A stretch of 64,000 nucleotides of DNA from Holosporales bacterium (GTDB taxonomy: Bacteria; Pseudomonadota; Alphaproteobacteria; JAJTHO01). The notes under the pieces are model-generated. The model was given only the letters and a program-made list of their open reading frames with translations. It searched no databases and had not been told where the DNA came from. The stretch lies in the NCBI GenBank assembly GCA_046318675.1, contig JBKCUA010000002.1, forward strand, positions 14,191-78,190, given 5' to 3'. The position numbers and the translations under genes were made by a program. Shown here piece by piece: positions 40,854-47,896 of this stretch. Positions within the stretch are counted from its first letter, which is position 1; each line of letters starts with the position of its first letter.

Positions 40854-43249
40854 TGAAATAGCTTGTGAAAAAATTTTTGTATTTTCTCAGATGTTTCTGG
40901 ATTTCCTATCATGGGGTTTGGGTTTGTTTCTGCGTTTTTACGTCCAAAGGGCACCTTGCCCCGTTCCGCCACCGCCAAGCCGCCATCGGCAGCTTTAGTG
41001 ATGAGTTGCGGGCACAGATTGTCCGGCAGATTAGCCGTAGATTTTTTGGTTGATTTTTTGCCGCTAAGTAAGGCATTGGCGGTATCTAATAAGTTTTTGA
41101 CTGCTGTCCCACTGACTTTTACGGTGCCGTCTTTGGCGACGGACACGCCGGGAACGGAGGGTTCCGCTTTTATGTCGTTCCAATTGCCACGCAACCGCAA
41201 GCCCGTCACCAGAGCGGTAATATCCGCCGTGCGGCCATATGGGGTGACGACAATGTCTATATCTTTTGCCCCCACGTTAACATTGCCGTCGGCGGTGAGG
41301 ACAATATCCTTGGCGTCGAGAATGCTGACGACATTTGTAAAAACACTGCGCTGTCCCTGCCAACGCAAAGCTAGGCAACGCGGTGCATCAACGCTGATCC
41401 CTTTTAGAAGAAAACCTGCCGCCGTACCCCATCCACCGACGGTTTTTTCAAGCCAGGCGCGATCAATGGAGGCGTTGTCGGCAATAACTTGAATATCACC
41501 GCTGAGGGACTTTTGTAATTGGCTAACTGTGCCTGCTGTACCTTTAAGGTCAACCCGGATTGTGGCCGTGCCATTTTCTAGTACGGTTTGCCCGGTGAGT
41601 AGGCGCGCTACTTCCCCAGCCGGGGCGTAGGTAACGGCTCGTACGGCTAACTGTGGTGGTACCCGTCCAATGGTGGCATCCAAGTGGGCATTGCCCTTTA
41701 TAGCTCCATTGCCAGGCAAGCCAGCGGTTAGTGTAGCTGCTAAAGATTCATATTTATTCTCTATTAACAAATTCAATTTATCCAGCGAAAGAGTGCCATT
41801 GTTGTGAGGCCATAGCACGGTATCAGCGGTCACGGTGATGGTATTAGGTAAATCTTGGCGCGTGGCTAAAAAGCGTTGCAAGGCATCGGGCTGCTTGGGT
41901 TCGGCGGGAGCAGAGGTAGCAGAACTTTGTTCTGTCTCGGGTTTACTTTCGATTTTTTCTACGGGTTGATAGCTGCGTGCATCTAAGGTGGCGGCGTTGA
42001 GAACAACGGAAAATGGTCTATCTTTTCCTTTTTTTAAATCAAAAGAAAAAGTATTATTGCCAAGGGAGGCATCACGAATAGAGATATCGAGGGCTTCCGG
42101 TGCTGTTTGGTGGCTGAGGGTAAAAGGCACACGCACCCGACCATCGCCTGCAAGGGGTATATCCAGTAATCTTGCTAGGTAAGACAAGCTTTTTGCTTCA
42201 AGCTGTCCCTCTGCTTTGACCGTATTTATTTTTCCTTGTGTCCAAGCACCTGTTGCTTCGCCAGTGGCCGTTAAGGTGGCATTATCGGCGAAGCTAAGCT
42301 GTGCTTCAGAAAGAATTAGGCTTTCTTTTTCACCTTTAACTTTGAGTGTTAATTTTCCTTCAAGACCATCGGGAAATTGATGACCAAGAAGAGCACTGAG
42401 GTTTTGCAAATGGCTTACCTTGGCGGCGGCATCAAGATTAAGGGTGTTTACATGATGCCCCTGCAACCCGACATCGCCCGTAGCAGCCCATTCACCAGCA
42501 CCAAATAAACTTTGCAGGGCAAAAGGATACGTCCCTTCTCCAGCGGCTAAGATTGCCAGTGAGCCGATAATACCTTTGAAAGAAAATGGTACATCATTGA
42601 TACTGCCAGATAAATTGATTGTTACTGGGGCATTAATATTAGCGGTGTCAAGGCGTAGACGATCGAGATAAACGGCATGAGGCCCTTCTTTATCCGGAGA
42701 GCGATAAAAGATTTTAGCGTTGTTTAAATGAAGTTTTTCAAAGAATAATGATGGTTTTTTTGTGGCTTTTTTCGCGCTGGTCGTTTCCTGGGGGTTGGAG
42801 ACGGTATCCACAGGGCGTAAGTCCCAGTTCGCTTGGCCATTTTTTGTTTTTTCTAAATAAATTTCCGGTGCATCGAGGGTCAGTTGCTCAAAAATGATTT
42901 TTCCCGTAAGAAGCCGCAGCCCATCCACCGAAATGGTAATCTTTTCGGCTTTGATAAAAAAAGGGTCTTGCATACCTTCGGCATTGGAGAGTTCAATCGT
43001 GCTTATTTCAACAACAGGATGCCAGCGAAAATAAATCTTGATGTCGCCCGCCAGTTTCAATTCCCGCCCAGTGGCGTTGCGGACTTGCTCTATCAAGAGG
43101 GGGCGCAACCGTTCTGGTTGTACTAAAACATACGCCGCACCCCAGATGATACCGATGATGATACCAATAATACCTAATACTACCAGAATCCTACCGCCCC
43201 AGTGGCGCAATAGCACAGGCAGATAGGCACGGGAAGCATTGGTCATCAT
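40850..43249 (-). CDS. AsmA-family outer-membrane-biogenesis protein
   Basis: 799 aa, N-terminal signal-anchor ILVVLGIIGIIIGIIWGAAYVLV, AsmA-like N-domain. Start overlaps the rlmE end. Confidence 0.6.
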   Translation of the reverse strand: MMTNASRAYLPVLLRHWGGRILVVLGIIGIIIGIIWGAAYVLVQPERLRPLLIEQVRNATGRELKLAGDIKIYFRWHPVVEISTIELSNAEGMQDPFFIKAEKITISVDGLRLLTGKIIFEQLTLDAPEIYLEKTKNGQANWDLRPVDTVSNPQETTSAKKATKKPSLFFEKLHLNNAKIFYRSPDKEGPHAVYLDRLRLDTANINAPVTINLSGSINDVPFSFKGIIGSLAILAAGEGTYPFALQSLFGAGEWAATGDVGLQGHHVNTLNLDAAAKVSHLQNLSALLGHQFPDGLEGKLTLKVKGEKESLILSEAQLSFADNATLTATGEATGAWTQGKINTVKAEGQLEAKSLSYLARLLDIPLAGDGRVRVPFTLSHQTAPEALDISIRDASLGNNTFSFDLKKGKDRPFSVVLNAATLDARSYQPVEKIESKPETEQSSATSAPAEPKQPDALQRFLATRQDLPNTITVTADTVLWPHNNGTLSLDKLNLLIENKYESLAATLTAGLPGNGAIKGNAHLDATIGRVPPQLAVRAVTYAPAGEVARLLTGQTVLENGTATIRVDLKGTAGTVSQLQKSLSGDIQVIADNASIDRAWLEKTVGGWGTAAGFLLKGISVDAPRCLALRWQGQRSVFTNVVSILDAKDIVLTADGNVNVGAKDIDIVVTPYGRTADITALVTGLRLRGNWNDIKAEPSVPGVSVAKDGTVKVSGTAVKNLLDTANALLSGKKSTKKSTANLPDNLCPQLITKAADGGLAVAERGKVPFGRKNAETNPNPMIGNPETSEKIQKFFHKLFQ

Positions 43250-43275
43250 AGCTCTCTTATTTATAAAAAATGAAA

Positions 43276-44166
43276 CTATTCGGTAGCACCCTCATCCCAC
43301 CCGCACAAGCCCCACGTCGCGATCATATGCGGGGGTAGGGGAGCCTGCCATTCCTGCCAAACATGGGTGATGGGGTGACGCACCTTAAGGCGCCGAGCGT
43401 GCAGGTGTAGGCGGGTGTTTTTTTCGCCCAACCCATACACGGTATCGCCCAGAATGGGCGTTTTTAAATCGGCGCAATGCACCCGTACTTGATGCGTACG
43501 GCCTTGTAGGGGGTGGAGGGTAAGCCAAGTATATTGACCATGCCTTCCTAACGTGGCGTATTGGGTGATGGCATCCTGACCAGAGGGGTCAACTTCCATA
43601 CGTTCCCCAACTTTGAGAAGGGGGGCATCCACGCTTCCCCTTGGTTTGGCGGGCTTGCCGACAACAACAGCCCAGTAGGTTTTTTCCGCGTGCCGTTCGG
43701 CAAATTGTTCCGCCAGACCAGCGGCGGCGGCGCGGCTTTTGGCTAGCACCAACACGCCGCTGGTGTCTTTATCGAGGCGGTGGGTGAGCTTAGGAGCCTC
43801 ATTGCCATATACGGCGCGCACCAAGGCATCAACGCTGTTTTTCTGGCCCGTGCCGCCCTGGGTGGCCAGACCCGCGGGCTTATTGAGCACGAGGAGTTCC
43901 TCATCCTCAGCCAGAATCAACGGCGCAAGGACGGACAAATCCAGCCGCTGCCCCGGCGTGCTCACGCTTAACGCGGCAAAAGGCGGCAGGCGTACCGTAT
44001 CCCCAGCGTTCAGGCGAAATGATCCCTCTGCTCTTTTGCCATTGACCCGCACCTGCCCCGTGCGCAGCCACTTTTGCAGCTGGGCAAAGCCAATGCCCTG
44101 GGCCTTTAGCCAGCGATCGAGACGTTGCCCAGCATCGGAATTAGAAATGGTGCGTTCAAGGGACAT
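43276..44166 (-). CDS. rluC: RluA-family 23S rRNA pseudouridine synthase (RluC/RluD-like, with S4 domain)
   Basis: N-terminal S4 RNA-binding motif (RLDRWLKAQ...GQVRVNGKRAE) and catalytic HRLDKDTSGVLVLAKS. Confidence 0.85.
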   Translation of the reverse strand: MSLERTISNSDAGQRLDRWLKAQGIGFAQLQKWLRTGQVRVNGKRAEGSFRLNAGDTVRLPPFAALSVSTPGQRLDLSVLAPLILAEDEELLVLNKPAGLATQGGTGQKNSVDALVRAVYGNEAPKLTHRLDKDTSGVLVLAKSRAAAAGLAEQFAERHAEKTYWAVVVGKPAKPRGSVDAPLLKVGERMEVDPSGQDAITQYATLGRHGQYTWLTLHPLQGRTHQVRVHCADLKTPILGDTVYGLGEKNTRLHLHARRLKVRHPITHVWQEWQAPLPPHMIATWGLCGWDEGATE

Positions 44167-44172
44167 GGGGGG

Positions 44173-45063
44173 TCATCGCTTCTGAAACGCGCTTTCCATC
44201 ACGTTCAACACTCCCAAGATAACCTCCTTCACCCGCCGTTTGACGCTGGGCAGGGGGGTGAGGGCCTTGAGGGTAGGAAGCTCCAGGCACGGCAGGTGGG
44301 CGGCCTCGGGCAGGGCTTTGACAAACTGTTGGTGCAGCCAGCTCCCCTCCGGCGGGAGGATATTCTTCGGGATAGCCAAGCGGCGCAGGATTTCATTCCA
44401 TAAATGATAGGTATATGCACCTTGACAGAGCCTATCCATTTCTTCCGTTTTATCGGGATGCAACGCCAGCAGCGGTGCCAGATAACTGACAGGATAGAAC
44501 GCTTGCGGGGGTAGGGCAACACCCTGCATATTAAGGCGGGTGAGCACCCTTGTGAGCAGGCCGGGGCCAATATACGCCCATGGGAAATCGGTGCCGCTGG
44601 TGGCGAGTTCTTCTAAAAGGGTGTGCTGAAGGCTGGCATCGGGGATATGCAGCACCCCAACGCTGATAGTCTTTTTATCCTCACGACCACACACAATATT
44701 TTTGCCGCTAGCAAGGGCAGTAAAATCCCCTGCCGGGCGCAGGCAAATGACATCGGCATCAAGCCACCAGCCTGGCTCTTTGCTGAGCAGGGTAAATCGG
44801 AATGCATCGGAAAAAGCGGTTATATTGGCTTTCATGCCGCCTTGGGTGTACTTACCCAGATCGGATCGGGGGAGAATCTCCGCCGCGTCCCGGCGCACGA
44901 CCCCCGTGGGGACTTCCAGCGGATCAAAGCACCACAGATGCACAGTAAACCCTTTTTGAACAAAGGAGGCCATGCAGGCACGCTCATAAACAGACAGAGG
45001 GCGGCCATGCCAAAAGAAGTGGGCGGTTTCAGAATTGCTCATGATAGCAGGGTATTCCCTCAA
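44173..45063 (-). CDS. GT32-like (Gly_transf_sug / capsule-synthesis type) DXD glycosyltransferase
   Basis: N-terminal HFFWHG...LSVYERACMASFVQKGFTVHLW and central AFSDAFRFTLLSKEPGWWLDADV (DxD) match the glycosyltransferase sugar-binding DXD family. Host-like GC. Sits 7 bp upstream of rluC on the same strand. Start may be Met at 45040. Confidence 0.5.
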   Translation of the reverse strand: MREYPAIMSNSETAHFFWHGRPLSVYERACMASFVQKGFTVHLWCFDPLEVPTGVVRRDAAEILPRSDLGKYTQGGMKANITAFSDAFRFTLLSKEPGWWLDADVICLRPAGDFTALASGKNIVCGREDKKTISVGVLHIPDASLQHTLLEELATSGTDFPWAYIGPGLLTRVLTRLNMQGVALPPQAFYPVSYLAPLLALHPDKTEEMDRLCQGAYTYHLWNEILRRLAIPKNILPPEGSWLHQQFVKALPEAAHLPCLELPTLKALTPLPSVKRRVKEVILGVLNVMESAFQKR

Positions 45064-45174
45064 GGATGCTTTACCCTGTTTAAGTCAGAAGGGTGATGCT
45101 GGCAATGGGTAACGGTTCAGGCTGAACAAGGTAGTCTCAATGGCTTCACCCCCCTTTTTACTGGATACCAGCCG

Positions 45175-45235
45175 TGGCGGTCTGGCTGCTGGGGCGGGAG
45201 GGGTGCTGTACCAGTTTCATCAATACCCCCATGGC
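45175..45235. repeat. 61-bp perfect direct repeat, copy A (displaced 3'-end remnant of the FTR1 permease gene)
   Basis: Identical to 46661-46721. On the minus strand it encodes AMGVLMKLVQHPSRPSSQTA followed by a diverged tail TAGIQ* and G-run. Confidence 0.9.
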
Positions 45236-45269
45236 AGCATAATATTTTGCATTAATAAAAATAAAATAC

Positions 45270-45300
45270 TTGACGAATATATATATATATTAATCTAATA
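45270..45300 (+). promoter_or_regulatory. candidate sigma70-type promoter with a (TA)7 tract in the spacer
   Basis: TTGACG (45270-45275), (AT)7 at 45277-45290, then -10-like TAATCT/CTAATAAT about 70-85 bp upstream of the 421-aa ORF. Confidence 0.4.
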
Positions 45301-45368
45301 ATGGCGGTGGCTTGGACACGGATAATAATCGGCCTTGAACCACCTAACCACTGGCAACGAAGGTAACC

Positions 45369-46634
45369 ATGATAGGAGTAGGTATGACGGAAGAGATGCA
45401 GGTAACAGCAGCAGATAGGGCGCGGGCTAGTCAAGTACTGGCAGCATATGAAGCCTTCAAAAAACAGAAAGACGATTTGCCGGGACTTCTAGTAGATCGT
45501 ATAGAGCGGTGGGCTAAAAAAGTTGAAGGTGTTCTTGAAAGTGAAGGTGTTCTTGAAAAAAATGTGCACCCACAGCAGGTTAAAACGCTCGCCGCATTAC
45601 AAGAGGAAATTGTAGAAATAAATCTAGCAATGCAAGAAGGATGGCCTGACTTCAAAGGGTATGTAGGCTGTTCTTTATCAGCGAACGAAGGCAAAGAAGT
45701 TAAGAGTTTGTTCGAGATCGTAATGAATGGTGAAGCATTACCTGATAACCTCTTATTTAAGAGTATTGAAAAGGTTTTGGGTGCTGAACTTTTGGAAAAA
45801 CTAAATAAGTGCCAAAATGCAGATGATAAAGATAAAGCTTTGGATATTGTTATTTCTACACGTGTAAGGAAAGATTCTAAGAATATCCACCAGAATATCG
45901 ACCCAAGCAGCGATAGTCGTAAATACATAGATTATGTCACTCTTAGCCAAGCGTACGAAAAGGGAATAGAGGAAGTTTTGGAAAATCGCAGGCTTGTTAA
46001 AAATTTTTTCGAGGCTGGTGGTAGTGTCGATGCCGAACTTGTAAAACAGCTCAATACAACTATTATGCAACACAAATTGCGGGATATTTTTAACAAAGAC
46101 CCCCTTGTTCTTGATGAACAATCTTTCATAAGAGCGATTTTGCAGGAAAATCCTCAAGATTTCAAAGAACCGACAACCCAAGTATTCGATGGAATTGTTC
46201 GTGCTATCTGCAAGGCTAATGAGGCGGCGGTGCATGAATTGCGATGGCAATCTGAAGATAGAGCACGCTTTCCCGACCTATATCTGCCGCCGTACCCTAT
46301 CAAGATTGCAAGTATATTACGTGAGACGGATAAGGTCAAACAATGGGTAGACACTGGAGAGTTGATGCAGGAGCTTGGAACAAAACGTCGAATGATAGAT
46401 TTGCAAGCGGGTACCGTGAAGAGCTTTTCCGACCTATCGGATGTGCTTCAGGATGAAATCAACAGGATTATTGCACTCGACGATCCAGACTCGCGTGGGG
46501 CACAATCGTGTTATTTTCTACACCGGCTAACTTCTGGATATAGCAATGAATACGCAAAAGAGTTAGCGTCAAAGCGGCAACAATCCGCAACCTTAGCCGT
46601 ACAGGTCACCCAGCAACTTGGGAGAGAACGCTAA
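45369..46634 (+). CDS. hypothetical protein, low-GC orphan (no recognisable domain), cargo of the repeat-flanked insertion
   Basis: 421-aa ORF. The probable real start is ATG 45384, preceded by GGAG. AT-rich codon usage contrasts with neighbours. No signal peptide or TM segment. Acidic/helical composition. Confidence 0.55.
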   Translation: MIGVGMTEEMQVTAADRARASQVLAAYEAFKKQKDDLPGLLVDRIERWAKKVEGVLESEGVLEKNVHPQQVKTLAALQEEIVEINLAMQEGWPDFKGYVGCSLSANEGKEVKSLFEIVMNGEALPDNLLFKSIEKVLGAELLEKLNKCQNADDKDKALDIVISTRVRKDSKNIHQNIDPSSDSRKYIDYVTLSQAYEKGIEEVLENRRLVKNFFEAGGSVDAELVKQLNTTIMQHKLRDIFNKDPLVLDEQSFIRAILQENPQDFKEPTTQVFDGIVRAICKANEAAVHELRWQSEDRARFPDLYLPPYPIKIASILRETDKVKQWVDTGELMQELGTKRRMIDLQAGTVKSFSDLSDVLQDEINRIIALDDPDSRGAQSCYFLHRLTSGYSNEYAKELASKRQQSATLAVQVTQQLGRER

Positions 46635-46643
46635 TACCCCCCC

Positions 46644-47486
46644 TCACGAAACCCCCGCCTTGGCGGTCTGGCTGCTGGGGCGGGAGGGGTGCTGTACCAG
46701 TTTCATCAATACCCCCATGGCGATCAGGGTTGCGGCATAGACGGCGACCTGCATTCCCGTGGGCTGATCGGTATAGCCCATGAGGGCGTGCAGGGCTTTG
46801 CCGCCGTAGCTATCCTGCGCCACAATGCCGGAGCTGTCCCAAAGAATATCCGCCCATAATTCAATAACCCCTGCTTGGTGCAGGTACGCTACCGCCTGTC
46901 CGGCCATGCCGGCAGCCAACAGGGCGATAAGGACGCTGGTCACGGCAAACATCTGGCGGGTGGGAATGCGAATCAGGCCAAAGTACATGGTTGCGCTGAT
47001 AACAACCCCGCCCAGCAGGCCAATGCCCCCACCTAGCAGCATGGAAGCTATAGTATTGCCGCCCGATACCGCAATCCCGTATAAAAAGAGCACAATTTCG
47101 GAGCCTTCCCGCAACACCGCTACTGCCACCACAATCGCCAGTGCCGCCAAGGAGCGTCGCCCGTGGGCGACAGCCTCTCCCAGCACCCGCAGCTGTTGCG
47201 CCATATGCCGACCATGCTTGGCCATCCAGACATTATGCCACGTCAGCATCAGCACGGCGAGGATCAGAACACTGGCGTTGAACACTTCCTGTCCCACCCC
47301 GGCCATCAGGCCAGCCAGAGAGCTGGCAAACATCGCTACTACGCAGGCACCGGCAACACCGCCCGCAATCCCGTAACTGACCCAATGCCCTCGGTAAGGA
47401 ACACCGCGGGTGGCGGCCAGCACAATGCCAACAATGAGGCCGGCTTCGATGACTTCACGAAAAACAATGATGAGGGTGGCGAGCAT
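46644..47486 (-). CDS. high-affinity Fe2+ permease, FTR1 family (FtrC/EfeU-like)
   Basis: 7-TM profile with two RExxE iron-binding motifs (REVIEAG in TM1 and REGSEIV in TM4). Confidence 0.8.
   Translation of the reverse strand: MLATLIIVFREVIEAGLIVGIVLAATRGVPYRGHWVSYGIAGGVAGACVVAMFASSLAGLMAGVGQEVFNASVLILAVLMLTWHNVWMAKHGRHMAQQLRVLGEAVAHGRRSLAALAIVVAVAVLREGSEIVLFLYGIAVSGGNTIASMLLGGGIGLLGGVVISATMYFGLIRIPTRQMFAVTSVLIALLAAGMAGQAVAYLHQAGVIELWADILWDSSGIVAQDSYGGKALHALMGYTDQPTGMQVAVYAATLIAMGVLMKLVQHPSRPSSQTAKAGVS
46661..46721. repeat. 61-bp perfect direct repeat, copy B (functional 3' end of the FTR1 gene)
   Basis: Identical to 45175-45235. Encodes the last residues ...AMGVLMKLVQHPSRPSSQTA KAGVS* of the permease. 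Confidence 0.9.
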
Positions 47487-47521
47487 GGGGAAAGACTCCT
47501 GAGGGTGTCGGCGGTTGGTGA

Positions 47522-47854
47522 TTACTCGGCGATAATCACGCCTTGGGCGGTTTTTTCGTTGAACTCCCCCTTAAACGGGTAGGTGCCGGGTTTTAAAGCA
47601 CGAACGTGGAGGATGGCCTCGCCCTTGCCAGTGATGACTTTTTCAAGCTTGAGGGGATAGCTTTCAAATTCTTCGGGGGTGGGATCAAGGTTTTTGACCT
47701 TGAGAGTAAAAGCCTTGCCGGCGGGAACCTTGATTTCCGAGGGGGTGAAGCGGTGGTCGCTGATGCTCAGCTCATAAACTTTTTTATCTTCGGCAATTGC
47801 TGGTGCCGAAAACGCGGCCAAGGCCACAACGGCCAGAAAAAACAAGCGACGCAT
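47522..47854 (-). CDS. periplasmic cupredoxin-like domain protein (FtrB-like)
   Basis: Signal peptide MRRLFFLAVVALAAFSAPAIA, about 90-aa beta-sandwich cupredoxin-like profile (FTPSEIKVPAGKAFTLKVKNLD...GTYPF). Immediately upstream of FTR1. No obvious Cu ligands. Confidence 0.5.
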   Translation of the reverse strand: MRRLFFLAVVALAAFSAPAIAEDKKVYELSISDHRFTPSEIKVPAGKAFTLKVKNLDPTPEEFESYPLKLEKVITGKGEAILHVRALKPGTYPFKGEFNEKTAQGVIIAE

Positions 47855-47873
47855 GGGAAAAGCAACCTTTCAA

Positions 47874-47895
47874 ATAATAGTGATTATCATTCACA
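47874..47895 (-). promoter_or_regulatory. Fur-box-like motif upstream of the cupredoxin-FTR1 pair
   Basis: Minus-strand GTGAATGATAATCACTATTATT contains AATGATAATCA, an exact 11-mer of the GATAATGATAATCATTATC consensus. It lies in the 42-bp gap between the cysG stop and the cupredoxin start. Confidence 0.45.
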
Positions 47896-47896
47896 T

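Noticed and set aside
7130-45375. Sigma-54 (TGGCAC-N5-TTGC) promoters, given rpoN is encoded here
   Set aside because: The few TGGCAC occurrences (for example 38590, 7130) lack a properly spaced TTGC and lie inside coding sequence.
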